A stretch of DNA of 63,112 bases, filler included, from 5 parts of 5 records of this genome joined end to end with filler, not necessarily neighbours in it; one strand, 5' to 3'. Shown: positions 1-10,832, numbered from the whole stretch's first letter. The notes: generated by a model not told the origin, from the sequence alone. Translations and numbers: made by a program.

Positions 1-30
1 AGGTGCCTTTGCCTCAGGTGCCTTTGCCTC
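1..30 (-). repeat. 15-bp tandem repeat (2 copies) encoding EAKAP-EAKAP at contig end
   Basis: aggtgcctttgcctc x2, preceded in the protein by an acidic linker EKELPEEGATNEEESEEEAI. Confidence 0.8.
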
Positions 31-1524
31 GATGGCTTCTTCTTCAGATTCTTCTTCGTTAGTCGCCCCTTCTTCAGGCAACTCTTTCTCAGGTGCAGTC
101 CGCTGGTTCAGCGAGTCGCTCGTGCCTGGTAAGTCGACTGTCTGTGCATGCGACGGGCGAATGAGGGCAGCGACTTTCTTGCCTTTGCCTTCATCAAAGC
201 TCGCTGACCAATAGGGGCCCGGGCTGGCGGCAGTTGTATTGTCGCTTACTGTTTTAAGCCAAGCCTGAAACGCTTCATCGGATTCGCCGCGGATGCGATC
301 GATAGACGCCAGACAAGTCGTTAGCTGCTGCTCGACACCAGGGATCTGCATCTGCTTGTCTGGATCTGGGATCTCGAGAACGGGGGCCGCATTGCCATTG
401 CGTGTCTGCATGCCACCATCGGCGCTAACATTGAAGAAAGCATAGAACTGGTAATACTCTTTCTGGCTAATCGGGTCGTACTTGTGATCGTGGCACTGAG
501 CGCACTCCATTGTTAGGCCAAGCCAGGTCGTTGCGGTCGTCTTGACGCGATCCACGGCATATTCGACGCGATACTCCTCAGCGATCGCACCGCCTTCGTC
601 CGTCGTTCCGTTGTTGCGATTGAAGCCACTCAATACTTTTTGCTGCAGGCTAGCGTCAGGTAAGAGGTCCCCGGCTAGTTGAGCGATCGAAAACTGATCG
701 AAGGGCATGTTGGAGTTGTAGGCTTCTACGATCGTGTCGCGCCATCCCCACATGTCGCGAGGTCCGTCGGCGTGATAGACACTTGTGTCACCATATCGAG
801 CAGCGTCCAACCACATGACCGCCATCCGCTCTCCGTAGTGCGGACTGGCCAATAGTCGGTCCACGACGCGCTCGTAGGCCGACGGAGATTCATCACTCAA
901 GAATGCATCGAGCTCTTCAGGCGTCGGCGGCAGACCAGTCAAGTCTAGGGTGACTCGTCTTAGCAATTCCTCTTTGGAAGCCCTAGGGGCAGTCGCTAAG
1001 CCCTTGTCCCGAAGCGTGGAACGGACAAACGCATCAATCGGATTCTGAACTACCTGGTGCGACACGTCGTTCTTTGGAAAAGCCGCTGCGTCGGGCACTG
1101 GCGGACGAGCGGGGGCTACGAACGACCAGTGTTTACTCCATGAAGCACCCGAGTCGATCCATCGCTTGAGGAGCAACTTCTCTTTGGTCGAAAGTGTTTT
1201 CCCAGATTCAGGCGGCGGCATGAGCACGTCAGGATCTGACGCATCGATTCTCGCAACCAACTCACTCTCAGACGCGTCGTGTTCAACGATCGCGTATTCC
1301 TTCGCTGCTTCTTCCAAGTCGAGCCGAAGGTCCGCGCCGCGATTCTCTTCGTCAGGTCCATGACAGTGAAAGCACTTGTCGGACAAGATCGGTTTGATGT
1401 CTCGGTCGAATCGGATCTCATCCGCTATCGAATTGCGGGAGAGTCCAATGGTTGCCAGAGCCGCGCCAATCCAAGTTAGCACGAGAATCCGGCCAGCAGA
1501 GCGAAGCGCAGTAGTACAGGTCAT
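1..1524 (-). CDS. PSD1/DUF1549 and planctomycete cytochrome c domain protein (3' end truncated by window edge)
   Basis: Not in the ORF track. Manual minus-strand translation from ATG 1524 gives MTCTTALR..., IRFDRDIKPILSDKCFHCHGPD (CxxCH), HWSFVAP, a DUF1549-type segment and MECAQCHDHKY; sampled segments stay in frame to position 1. Confidence 0.9.
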   Translation of the reverse strand, partial: MTCTTALRSAGRILVLTWIGAALATIGLSRNSIADEIRFDRDIKPILSDKCFHCHGPDEENRGADLRLDLEEAAKEYAIVEHDASESELVARIDASDPDVLMPPPESGKTLSTKEKLLLKRWIDSGASWSKHWSFVAPARPPVPDAAAFPKNDVSHQVVQNPIDAFVRSTLRDKGLATAPRASKEELLRRVTLDLTGLPPTPEELDAFLSDESPSAYERVVDRLLASPHYGERMAVMWLDAARYGDTSVYHADGPRDMWGWRDTIVEAYNSNMPFDQFSIAQLAGDLLPDASLQQKVLSGFNRNNGTTDEGGAIAEEYRVEYAVDRVKTTATTWLGLTMECAQCHDHKYDPISQKEYYQFYAFFNVSADGGMQTRNGNAAPVLEIPDPDKQMQIPGVEQQLTTCLASIDRIRGESDEAFQAWLKTVSDNTTAASPGPYWSASFDEGKGKKVAALIRPSHAQTVDLPGTSDSLNQRTAPEKELPEEGATNEEESEEEAIEAKAPEAKAP

Positions 1525-1732
1525 GACAGGCGGGGAGTTGAATGGGCGGGGCACGGTGCACGTTTCATGCACGGTGGGGAGCAGAAGGTTCTCCACCCAT
1601 TGTAGTTGGTTTCGCGCCAGCCGGTGAAGACCACCCAAGAACGCACTGGGCAAATCAGTGGGACATCTGTCAAGCGTAGCCCTAAATGCGGTCCGCGCAG
1701 AAGTATGCTGCTGTTACAGCGGCCCCGCGGTT

Positions 1733-2455
1733 CTACCCCTGAGGCTTGTGCCCCGGCTGATAGACAAAGTGCTTCCGGCGGTTCGTCTCTGGCTGCGTCA
1801 GATGATGCACGGGAGCTGACGGTGGCGGCAATTCTTCGGTGGCACTCTGCGGCCCCCCCGCGCGTGCAGCGCTGTTACCAACCTGAAAGACCGGCGACTG
1901 AATTTGTGCTCCCCGCGACGGTTTGGCTGCCGACGGGCGATTGACCGATTCGCTTGCTTGAGCCCATAAGCCGAAACGCGGCTTCTCAGTTTCGTTAGCG
2001 ATCTGATCTACGGTCTCTTCATTGTCAGGCGTCCGGGATGGCGTAGAGTCCAACCAGGTGCGTACGTCTGCGTTGACCGGTCGCTTCTCCCGGCCTGATT
2101 GGCTCGGCGCGGGCAAGCTACTGACGACGGCTGAGTCAATCCAGGTGTCAATCTTATCGCTGCGCACGGCCCAGGCAGGCACATCGCTCGGCTTGGGCTG
2201 AATCGATGCTGCTAGCGCACGTGCAATTGCATCGGTGTTTGGCCGAGAGCCAACGATGCGCCGCGTATCTGCAAATTCGCCTAAATTGCCAGCGTCTGAA
2301 TCGCCAACCCCTCTTGGAGCAACAGCCAGCGCGCGAGAGCTCTCGCTGGCAGCACCTTCGGAGCGATGCATGAAGGGGACAGCAAGGGCCGTGCCACCTA
2401 CGATTGTGAGAACAATCCAACCGCGTGAGCTGGAGGACTGGGAGTTATCTGTCAT
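1733..2455 (-). CDS. hypothetical protein with N-terminal membrane anchor and low-complexity body
   Basis: 240-aa ORF; hydrophobic GWIVLTIVGGTALAVPF followed by S/P/A-rich sequence. Confidence 0.6.
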   Translation of the reverse strand: MTDNSQSSSSRGWIVLTIVGGTALAVPFMHRSEGAASESSRALAVAPRGVGDSDAGNLGEFADTRRIVGSRPNTDAIARALAASIQPKPSDVPAWAVRSDKIDTWIDSAVVSSLPAPSQSGREKRPVNADVRTWLDSTPSRTPDNEETVDQIANETEKPRFGLWAQASESVNRPSAAKPSRGAQIQSPVFQVGNSAARAGGPQSATEELPPPSAPVHHLTQPETNRRKHFVYQPGHKPQG

Positions 2456-2779
2456 GGCACTTCAAATGTGATTGTGAACCACAATGTTCCGCCGTGCCAC
2501 GTCCTTGCGAAGAGCGGTAGAGAACGAGAGGTCGTTGAGCCTTCAACGGACCTAGGGACAATTAAATCGTCCCGAATTCGGTTCTTCGTCGCTTGAGAAG
2601 TCGATCTTCAGTTCAAATCGTAGAAAGTTGGACCATGGGGGCAAGGTCGCAAGTTAGGAGGACGGCCTGGACCGTTTGGGAAAGATCTGCTGGTTCGGGC
2701 GGAACTGTCGCCCTGTGCGCCACTACTTTGCAGGAGCACTTTCGAAGTGCAAACTCCGTGGAGACTCGCGACTCTTGAT

Positions 2780-4231
2780 TTACTTGGCCGCTTTGCGCGG
2801 AGCTTTGCCGCGTGGTTTCCAGTTCGGATGCGGAGTGTGCGCCTCTGCCATCATGGCTTCCATGCGTTCGACGATGTCGGGGTTGTCCGCAGCGACGTTT
2901 TGTTCTTCACCGATGTCTACAGAAAGGTCATACAGCTCAGTCGGCCCCTTCATCCAGGGCATGCGAATCGCCTTCCACTTGCCCGCACGCACTGCCTGCT
3001 TGCCACCCTGTTCGTAGAATTCCCAGTACAGGTAATCGTGCTGCTGCTGTTTTTCATTGCCAACCAAGGTCGGGGCAAAGCTCACTGAATCAAGACCCGA
3101 TGGTGCCTCGGCCCCGGATAGCTCGGCGGCCGTCGCCATCAGGTCACCAAAGTAACCGATATGGTCAGAGGTCGTGCCCGCAGGTGTCGTGCCAGGCCAG
3201 CGAACAATCATGGGCACCCGAATGCCACCTTCATAAAGGTCACGCTTCATGCCACGCAGTGGTCCGCCTGGATCAAATCGCTCCGTGTCATGTCCGCCCT
3301 CATCGTGAGGGCCGTTATCGCTGGAGAACATGACCACGGTGTTTTCATCGATCCCGAGTTCTTTGAGCAAGTCAATGATCCGTCCGACATCAGCATCCAT
3401 CCGCGAAACCATCGCAGCCTGGCCCTTGTCAGGATCGCTCCAGTCTTCGTCAGCATACTGGCCGTAATCGGGAACTTCTTGACCATTGCCAGTTCCACGC
3501 GTGCCCTCGTTGTTGGCGTGCGGGATCGTCAGTGCCAGATACAGAAAAAAGGGCTGTTGGGCTGTGGCTTGCTCTCGGATGTAGCCTAGTGCTTCGGACG
3601 CAATCAGGTCATGCGTGTAGGCGACTTTCTTGGTCGCCCAGCCACCGGTAAAGCCGCCGTAGGAACGATCCACACGCTGGACTACATTGCCGAGCTTCTC
3701 CTGTGTTTCGTTGCGCCACAAGAACTCTGGGTAGTAGTTGTGTGCATGAACTTGGTTGAGATAGCCGTAAAAGAAATCAAAGCCCTGTCGACGAGGTAGC
3801 CCCTGGCGTCCGCCGGTTGCTTCGTCGCCCAATCCCCACTTGCCGCAAAGTGCTGTGCCGTAGCCTGCTGTTTTGAGGACTTCGGGCACGGTAACGTCCG
3901 CATCACGCAGCGATTGACTGGACATGTCGTCACCACCGGCGTTTCCCCGAACATGGGTGTGCCCAAGGTGTTGCCCCGTCATGAGTACTGCACGTGAGGG
4001 GGCGCAAACAGTATTGCCGGCGTAGAAGTTGGTGAATCGCATTCCTTCCGCCGCCATCTTGTCCAGACGCGGCGTCTTGATCAGCGTCTGCCCATAACAA
4101 CCAAGATCGCCATATCCCAGGTCATCGGCCAGGATGAAGATGATGTTGGGCTTGTCCGCATCAGCCGCATTGGCGGGCGACGCCGCAACGACACTAATTA
4201 GCAAGACGGCAGCGTTGAAAATTTTGCGCAT
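2780..4231 (-). CDS. secreted FGly-dependent (aryl)sulfatase
   Basis: Signal peptide from MRKIFNAAV (ATG 4231); [44 protein letters not shown] motifs. Confidence 0.95.
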   Translation of the reverse strand: MRKIFNAAVLLISVVAASPANAADADKPNIIFILADDLGYGDLGCYGQTLIKTPRLDKMAAEGMRFTNFYAGNTVCAPSRAVLMTGQHLGHTHVRGNAGGDDMSSQSLRDADVTVPEVLKTAGYGTALCGKWGLGDEATGGRQGLPRRQGFDFFYGYLNQVHAHNYYPEFLWRNETQEKLGNVVQRVDRSYGGFTGGWATKKVAYTHDLIASEALGYIREQATAQQPFFLYLALTIPHANNEGTRGTGNGQEVPDYGQYADEDWSDPDKGQAAMVSRMDADVGRIIDLLKELGIDENTVVMFSSDNGPHDEGGHDTERFDPGGPLRGMKRDLYEGGIRVPMIVRWPGTTPAGTTSDHIGYFGDLMATAAELSGAEAPSGLDSVSFAPTLVGNEKQQQHDYLYWEFYEQGGKQAVRAGKWKAIRMPWMKGPTELYDLSVDIGEEQNVAADNPDIVERMEAMMAEAHTPHPNWKPRGKAPRKAAK

Positions 4232-4440
4232 CGATCGAGGCTCCACGGCCAACGGTTCTGAGGATGAGTTTCTTGGATGGCATGCCTGACGTGCAGCCAG
4301 CGGGAGGAAGTTCGCGCTTAGAGCAGTTCCATGAACCGTGGCTGAAGCTTGCCAAGGCGAACCAGTATAGCCCATTTCTTTGGCTCGTTTGACAGTGCCC
4401 GATCTAGCCGCCCAACTGACACTTCAATCATTCAAAGTGA

Positions 4441-4737
4441 TTATTCTGCCGATTCGGCGCCTGGATTGTCGTCGCTTAGCAAGTTGCGTAACCCCTGCAA
4501 TTGCTGCTTGAGTGTGTCTTCCTGAGCTTGGGCGTCGCGAACCCAATCGTCGAATTCATACTGCAGTGCAAGGTCGCTCGTAACGACTTCGCCAAGTACC
4601 CAGCCGAGGGCGAGGAGTTTGCCAACCTGCATGCCGAACTTGAAGCTATCTTCTTCGGAGACGGTTTTCACGTTGTCCATCAATTCGAAAACCCGCCGGA
4701 TTTCTTCTGGCGGCCGCATCTGTTCTTCTTCACTCAT
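4441..4737 (-). CDS. hypothetical protein (acidic, helical)
   Basis: ORF MSEEEQMRPPEE...; GGAGAAAG-like RBS upstream of ATG 4737. Confidence 0.65.
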   Translation of the reverse strand: MSEEEQMRPPEEIRRVFELMDNVKTVSEEDSFKFGMQVGKLLALGWVLGEVVTSDLALQYEFDDWVRDAQAQEDTLKQQLQGLRNLLSDDNPGAESAE

Positions 4738-4977
4738 CGCTTTCTCCAGCGTTTTAAGTTTTAAGGGCTTGCGGCAGCGAGCCACGAAGCTTTGTCCTAC
4801 ACATCATAATTGGCCGGCCAAGAGTATCTTCGCAATTCGCCACCTTGGCCACCGTAGGCGCACATAGCCACAGCAGAAACCGCAAGGCACTGGACGATCG
4901 CTTGAGGCGAGCCGACAATCTGTGACTGGAAGCGATCGAGCAAACCACAACCTCCCATTCGACGAGCGAGAAATTCA

Positions 4978-5361
4978 ATGGCGATCAAGGCTATCAACAC
5001 CGACCAGGCCCCAGCAGCAATCGGCCCCTACAGCCAAGCAGTACAGGCAGGCGACCTACTATTCGTTTCCGGTCAGATTCCGCTCGATCCAAGCTCGGGA
5101 GAAATTGTTGACGGCGGGGTGCCAGAGCAGACGCGTCGAGTGCTGGACAATATGAAAGCGGTCGTCGAAGCTGGCGGAAGTGCGATGGAGAACGTTGTAA
5201 AGGTAACGATTTACATTACAGACATGAAACAGTTCGGCGTCGTCAACGAAATCTACGGCACCTACTTCAGCGAACCGTTTCCAGCTCGCGCGTGCGTCGA
5301 CGTCTGCGAACTTCCCAAGGGCGTCCAGGTAGAGATGGACGCAATCGCCCAAATCAAATAG
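4978..5361 (+). CDS. ridA: RidA/YjgF family reactive enamine deaminase
   Basis: APAAIGPYSQAV, SGQIP, PARACV (catalytic Arg), LPKGVQVEMDAIA. Confidence 0.93.
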   Translation: MAIKAINTDQAPAAIGPYSQAVQAGDLLFVSGQIPLDPSSGEIVDGGVPEQTRRVLDNMKAVVEAGGSAMENVVKVTIYITDMKQFGVVNEIYGTYFSEPFPARACVDVCELPKGVQVEMDAIAQIK

Positions 5362-5376
5362 TTACACACCGTGTGA

Positions 5377-5420
5377 GAGGTCAGTGTATGCAGGGCGCGA
5401 GGTCAGTGTACACAGGGTAA
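5377..5420. repeat. imperfect 22-bp tandem direct repeat between convergent genes
   Basis: gaggtcagtgtatgcagggcgc / gaggtcagtgtacacagggtaa. Confidence 0.7.
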
Positions 5421-5494
5421 GAGCTCTCGCTTGTTCAGGCCTGGAGCGAGCCGAAGGGGCCTAGATGCTTACCAGCTTCTGGGCACCGGTCGCT

Positions 5495-6040
5495 CTAGCG
5501 ATTCGCCGGTTCGATGACCTCGGCGTCGAACGCAACTTCGCGAGCGAACCAAAACTTGGCTAAGTAGACGAGCGTTGCGAGGATGCCCCACGAAAGACCG
5601 ATGACGACCCCGAAGTCCAAAATGCCACGCAACGGCTGAGGGATGAATCGAAACAAGGCGACGATTGCTGCGATCAAGACAAGCAGAACGCAAACTGTAA
5701 TTTTTCGCTTTCGCGGCGCGTGAAAGAAGCCCATGCAGAACAGGGGAGCGAACAATAACCGCATCGGTGTCGAACGCTCTCTCAGATAAACTGCTCGAGC
5801 TGCTACTCGCGGTGAGTAGCCTCGCTGGAAACCTCGGTAGCCTTCGCTGTAGGCCATGAAGACTGCCCAAGGCAGCAGTACGACGTAGTGCCAGCCTGCC
5901 CAATTCAGCGAAAAAGCCTCGCTCGTATGACCGACCATGCGTGTCACTGCATACGCCAGAATCGCCAACGCGCCAGCGGCTCCCCAAATTGCGGCGACAC
6001 TACCCCATGTGCGATTTAAAAACACCAATTCTGATCCCAT
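5495..6040 (-). CDS. conserved-looking hypothetical membrane protein (about 4-5 TM)
   Basis: Hydrophobic helices; MAYSEGYRGFQRGYSPRVAARA and APLFCMGFFHA segments; start chosen at MGSELV. Confidence 0.75.
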   Translation of the reverse strand: MGSELVFLNRTWGSVAAIWGAAGALAILAYAVTRMVGHTSEAFSLNWAGWHYVVLLPWAVFMAYSEGYRGFQRGYSPRVAARAVYLRERSTPMRLLFAPLFCMGFFHAPRKRKITVCVLLVLIAAIVALFRFIPQPLRGILDFGVVIGLSWGILATLVYLAKFWFAREVAFDAEVIEPANR

Positions 6041-6178
6041 CGACGGTCTATTCTGCAAAGCAACGAGTATAACGCGCTGAGTCGTTTCATAAGCTTTGAT
6101 CGCAAAACAAAGCTGGAAATCTGAAGCCCATTCGCGGCCCAAACGGCATATCGCAACCACCGAAACATGCCTTAAACC

Positions 6179-7000
6179 CTAAGACCGCTGGCTTGGCTCC
6201 CCATTCTGGGTGCTTCGCGGTCCGCTCGAGGGCGGAGCCATCGCCGGAGGCGTGTTGTCGCCAAATACAAGCCGCAATGAAGCTACTGCGGTAAAGGCAA
6301 GCAAAAAGAGGTTGAAAGCTTTTTGCGAGATAACATTGAGAAGCCATCGCCCGAAGAACATACCGACCAGAATCCCCGGTGCAAAAACGAGATCGACCCA
6401 GAGCGTGTCGAACGAAATCAGGTCAAGATAAAAGTAGCTCAACGGCAGCTTGAAAATGTTGACAACCAAAAAGAACCAAGCGCTGGTACCGACAAGCTCC
6501 AACTTGGGCAACGCAACGGCGAGCAGATAGAGTGCAACAACGGGTCCGGCCGCATTGGCCAGCATCGTTGTAACGCCGGCCAAGAGTCCTAAGCTCCACG
6601 CAAACAATCGGTTGTGAGGGAACTCTTCGAACTTGTGGGGTTTCCAAATGCGAAACAACTGGATGCCTGTCAGCACGAAAATGATAATGCCGACCAAGGG
6701 ACGGAAGACCGCTTCGTCAAGATCATGCATCAGCATGCATCCGAGCACGACTCCGATCAGTGCTGGGGGCAGTAGTTTGCGAATCTGATCCCATTGAGCA
6801 GTGCTGCCGAAGAACCAAATCGCGCACACGTCTCCGACAACGAGCATCGGCAGCAGAACACCGGTGGAAGCCTTCGTGCCAAACACGAAAGCGAAAATCA
6901 GCACATGCAGCATGCTGATTCCAGCAAAGCCACTTTTGGAAATCCCTATTCCCGCAGCAGCGATGAACAGCAGAACGCACTGCTGGATACTCAGTTCCAT
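6179..7000 (-). CDS. sulfite exporter TauE/SafE family protein
   Basis: GISKSGFAG, GVLLPMLVVGD, TTMLANAAGP motifs; about 8 TM; start MELSIQQ. Confidence 0.88.
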   Translation of the reverse strand: MELSIQQCVLLFIAAAGIGISKSGFAGISMLHVLIFAFVFGTKASTGVLLPMLVVGDVCAIWFFGSTAQWDQIRKLLPPALIGVVLGCMLMHDLDEAVFRPLVGIIIFVLTGIQLFRIWKPHKFEEFPHNRLFAWSLGLLAGVTTMLANAAGPVVALYLLAVALPKLELVGTSAWFFLVVNIFKLPLSYFYLDLISFDTLWVDLVFAPGILVGMFFGRWLLNVISQKAFNLFLLAFTAVASLRLVFGDNTPPAMAPPSSGPRSTQNGEPSQRS

Positions 7001-7303
7001 CTCATAACCTTCACAACGACCTCGATCTGCAGGATCAATCTGCCGGAGCAAACGGCGGGCAGCACGCCTGCTTTTCACCGGTAGGCTACACGACAAACCT
7101 ACAGGCGGTAAGGACAGGCCTGCTGTGTGTCGTAGTTCGTTGCGGTTCGGCGGGGGCGACGCTGTTCACAGTGAGCGTCTTCAGTGCCAGGCTGTGGCAA
7201 TGAAGCGGGAAAAGCGTATAGTTAGGCTGTCTTTTGTGGGACGACTGTCGGCTGAAAGCTGCATTCGGAAAACACTCTATTCGAACATCAAAGGATTTGC
7301 TCT

Positions 7304-7615
7304 ATGTCGAATTACGCTGAAAGCATCGAACGATTTGTGGATACCGTCAACAACGACGCCATCGATGGATTGGTCAAGCACTTGGGGATTGCTCTCCGCA
7401 ATGCTGACTCCGCTACCGTTGCAGTTTCTGATGACAGCGAACTAGCCACGGTTCGTGACGGTTTCTGCGCAAAGCATCTCGGCATGTCGGCTGAAGAAGC
7501 GGACGCAGCAATCGCCAAAGTGGCCGAAACAATGAAGCACGACTCAGCCAAGTGCCGCGTTACGTTCTACTACCTACTGGCAGATGGAGCTGGCAAGCTC
7601 GAGCAGTTTGCATAA
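7304..7615 (+). CDS. DUF2853 family protein
   Basis: LGIALRNADSATVAVSDDSELATVRDGF...KCRVTFYYLLA; AAGGA RBS. Confidence 0.8.
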   Translation: MSNYAESIERFVDTVNNDAIDGLVKHLGIALRNADSATVAVSDDSELATVRDGFCAKHLGMSAEEADAAIAKVAETMKHDSAKCRVTFYYLLADGAGKLEQFA

Positions 7616-7866
7616 CGCTGCCTCTTGCGTGGTTGTTGATGGCATTGAACTGGAAACGCCCCAGTATTGGGGTTCAGGGACCTTCGAGCCAAAGAAACGG
7701 TCCGTCCCGCTTGCCGATTCCATCGGCAGAATCAGCCTGCGGCGAACATACCGAAACGCCGCAACCCTGCCAATGAAAGGTGCCCCACATCTGACGCTTG
7801 GTCTGATGCGGGGCAGTCTTCGAGGTAGCCACATGGCCTAAATGTGGCTGTTCGGCAGGGTGTTCT

Positions 7867-8601
7867 CTAGCGGCGTCGGCGTCGTAGTGTCACGATGCAG
7901 CTAATTGCTCCGAGAGCGACCAGCGAGCTAGGCTCCGGAACGGCAGTTACAGTTCTGCTGGAACTGATCGCCGCAAGTGGATCGTCGGCGGGATCGCCGC
8001 CGAGAGCGAGAAAGCCCTCAACGTCACCGTTGGATGTGAAAATTTCTCCGATCGTCGCCTCACCACCTCGAATGGTCCCGGTGAATGTCGCCAGTGAGGC
8101 TGGATCGCCCTTGGAGTAAACAACCGCCTCCTGTGGTAGGGTATCTAAAAACCGAAAACTGAAAGTGGTATTTAGAGTCCAAGTCGCACTGACCAGTTCT
8201 CCTCCAGATTCAACAATGTTGTCCAAGCTGCCGTTGAAATTCGCTCCTGGTCCCTCGCCAACCCCTCGAAGAAGATAGCGTCCAAGGCCGTTGCCGACGC
8301 CGAAGGTGCCTTCCCTGCCCGAAAAGCTGGCAGAGAAACTCGTTAACGGCGTGCTTCGGTCTCCGTCGGCATCTGCGGCCCAGCCAATCGAAACAGATCC
8401 CAGCGCGCTGAGCACGTACTGATCTCCAGCGGAAATACCACTACCGATCAGCGCCGAATTTGGGGTAATCGTCACCGTCTGATCGGCTCTAGCATCAAAG
8501 CTCAATGAGCCACCAACGAGCCCCGCGCGGACGTTGGATGTTAAGGGGTTCATCGCTGCTAAAGCCAGCAGAACCACCGTGAGTCGGGCGTAGATTCTCA
8601 C
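7867..8601 (-). CDS. PEP-CTERM sorting-domain surface protein
   Basis: Signal peptide; C-terminal VPEPSSLVALGAISCIVTLRRRRR. Confidence 0.9.
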   Translation of the reverse strand: MRIYARLTVVLLALAAMNPLTSNVRAGLVGGSLSFDARADQTVTITPNSALIGSGISAGDQYVLSALGSVSIGWAADADGDRSTPLTSFSASFSGREGTFGVGNGLGRYLLRGVGEGPGANFNGSLDNIVESGGELVSATWTLNTTFSFRFLDTLPQEAVVYSKGDPASLATFTGTIRGGEATIGEIFTSNGDVEGFLALGGDPADDPLAAISSSRTVTAVPEPSSLVALGAISCIVTLRRRRR

Positions 8602-8916
8602 ACTCGGGGACCTTTCAAGTCAGGTTGCGTAAATTAGGTAAGTGGTGAGCATAACTATTTCGCGATGCCATGTCCAACTGGGGGGCACTTGGGCCACGAG
8701 TTTCCGATTGAAAGCTTACGCGTCAAGCGACTGTGGCGTATCCTGATGCTGGCGTGAACTCATAACACCTGTACTCTCCTGCTTGCGAGTCTGCGATCCA
8801 GTCGGGGTTGCTGAACGTATGGATTCTGTGAGCTTGAGTTCTGCGTTCTCCGTCGACTGCTGGCGGATGCGTTGTGTATCAAGACGGGCTGCCTAGAACA
8901 TCCAGTGAATTCCAAT

Positions 8917-10254
8917 ATGAAATCTAAGTCCACGTCTGCCGTCCCTGCCTCAATAGCAACACTCCTAGTTATCCTGGGAGGTTTGGTCGGATGCACGCCC
9001 GAGTCCACAGAGGTGACTAGTGATGGTGGTGAAAAGAAGGGGCCGGCTGTTTCCGAGGTCCCGCTACGTGTCAAGCTGGTCGCGACCGTAGACGATCTGG
9101 AATCCATCAAGCGGACTTGGCTGGCAAAATCGAGTCAGCCAATCGATGCAGAGGTCCTCACGACAGAAGAACTGCTGGGCAGCGATGAAATCAAGGCCGA
9201 TGTGATCGTCTACCCAGCTCGACTGCTGTGCGAATTGGCCGAGCGGGGCTGGATCAATCGCTTACCCTCTGTGCTCGTTGAGAAAAAGGAATCGCTTTCA
9301 GTAGCTGATACGCTTCAGGCCCAATGCAAAGTTGGTGAGCAGACCTTCGCGGTTCCGCTTGGCTGCAGCGTCCCCGTCTTTCTGCTCAGCGACTCAGTGG
9401 ATATTTCAGAAGATACCGATGCTCAGTGGTCGGCTCTCTTGGGCCAAATACCGCAAGAGAAGGCGATAGAGATCGACGCCCAGCAAGTCGACCACGACGC
9501 TTTGGTCGATCGATACCTCGCGATCTTAGCTACGCAGCTCGAGCGAAACCCGAAGTTCGGAACGTTATTCGACCTCAAATCGCTTCGACCGCTCCTGGAC
9601 CAACCTGCTTATGTGAGGGCGGCAGAGATCCTGGTTCAAGTTGCACACCAGACCACCGACGGTAGCTTAGCGTTGGCTAGCGACGACGTTGTGTGGAAAA
9701 CCGTCCAAACCGCAGACGCTCCGGTACTTTCTGTTGCATCGCCGCTTAGCCAGTCGTCGGATGTAAAACGTGCCAAAGGCGGCAAGATCCTGGCGCGACC
9801 GCCTGTCGGCAAGATGGACGTGAACGAGACCAGTTTGCGAAGCTGGAACCTGGGAAGTGGGCTCATCGCCTCGATTTCATCCAATTGCCGGCAAAGTTCT
9901 CAGGCACGCGCGTTTGTTACTTGGCTCAGGGAAGAAGAGACTCGCAATCAGTTGGCTCCGCACATTCGCGGCGTCAGTGTCACCTCTCCAGTGTTTGGGA
10001 TCGAATCGCTGAGTTGGCAGGCACAGGTTAGCTCAGGCAGTGTCGTTCGCGCCACCAACGTTCCTTTTGAGCCCAGGCTCCCTGCGGCGCAATCCTACCG
10101 TGATTCCCTGGCGGAGCACCTACTCGATATCGTTAGCAAAAAGGTCTCACCCAAAGAAGGACTTTTGCAGGCGGTCGCTGACTGGGAAGAGATTTCAGCC
10201 AAAAATCCAGACCAACAGTTTGCATACGAGAAGAGCCTCGGACTCGTCTTCTAG
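8917..10254 (+). CDS. lipoprotein, divergent extracellular solute-binding protein (family 1-like)
   Basis: Lipobox LVGC; ADVIVYP, FAVPLG and C-terminal SPKEGLLQAVADWEEI resemble sugar-binding-protein helices. Confidence 0.65.
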   Translation: MKSKSTSAVPASIATLLVILGGLVGCTPESTEVTSDGGEKKGPAVSEVPLRVKLVATVDDLESIKRTWLAKSSQPIDAEVLTTEELLGSDEIKADVIVYPARLLCELAERGWINRLPSVLVEKKESLSVADTLQAQCKVGEQTFAVPLGCSVPVFLLSDSVDISEDTDAQWSALLGQIPQEKAIEIDAQQVDHDALVDRYLAILATQLERNPKFGTLFDLKSLRPLLDQPAYVRAAEILVQVAHQTTDGSLALASDDVVWKTVQTADAPVLSVASPLSQSSDVKRAKGGKILARPPVGKMDVNETSLRSWNLGSGLIASISSNCRQSSQARAFVTWLREEETRNQLAPHIRGVSVTSPVFGIESLSWQAQVSSGSVVRATNVPFEPRLPAAQSYRDSLAEHLLDIVSKKVSPKEGLLQAVADWEEISAKNPDQQFAYEKSLGLVF

Positions 10255-10279
10255 TCTCGATCTGCTGAGGCCGCGCAAG

Positions 10280-10306
10280 AAAAACGCCTCCACATTTGCG
10301 GAGGCG
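10280..10306 (-). terminator. intrinsic terminator downstream of trxA
   Basis: cgcctcc...ggaggcg hairpin with adjacent A-run (U-run on minus strand). Confidence 0.6.
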
Positions 10307-10331
10307 ATTCGATAAGACAAAACGTTCTGCG

Positions 10332-10652
10332 TCAGGCGGCTGCGTCCGCTAGGTTAAGCAATTCCTGTTTCGGAACCACACCAATTGCGGATCGCTTTAT
10401 CTGCCCCTTCTCGAAGAGCGCGAAAGCCGGTATCGACTGAACACCATAGCTGTTCGCTGCCTCCGGGGATTCGTCCACGTTGACTTTCACAACCTTCACC
10501 CGGCCGTCCAGCTCTTCCGCCAGCTCTTCGACAACGGATCCCATCGCTCGACAAGGACCGCACCACGGAGCCCAAAAGTCAACAAGGACGGGCTGGTCTT
10601 GATTGAGAACTTCGTTTTGGAAGCTTTGGTCGTTTACATTGATCGAAGACAT
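10332..10652 (-). CDS. trxA: thioredoxin
   Basis: VLVDFWAPWCGPCR active site; YGVQSIP cis-Pro motif. Confidence 0.95.
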   Translation of the reverse strand: MSSINVNDQSFQNEVLNQDQPVLVDFWAPWCGPCRAMGSVVEELAEELDGRVKVVKVNVDESPEAANSYGVQSIPAFALFEKGQIKRSAIGVVPKQELLNLADAAA

Positions 10653-10794
10653 TTTCTTTTCCTTTCCCGGTGTTGCCAACTGTGATAGCTAACCTCTCAC
10701 ACTCGTTTCTTCTTGGTACAGCATTGAGACGAAGCACCGGTGAGCTTCCTTACATAGTCGCAGCCAGAAAATTACTTTGATGCACTGAAAGTGC

Positions 10795-10832
10795 AAAAAG
10801 AAACGCCGAGTGCGAGGGCGCACCGGCGTTTC
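10795..10832 (-). terminator. intrinsic terminator downstream of the sigma factor gene
   Basis: aaacgccg-agtgcg-aggg-cgcac-cggcgttt hairpin with aaaaag tail. Confidence 0.6.

Noticed and set aside
5377-5420. Possible mini CRISPR array
   Set aside because: Only two adjacent copies, no spacers and no cas genes.
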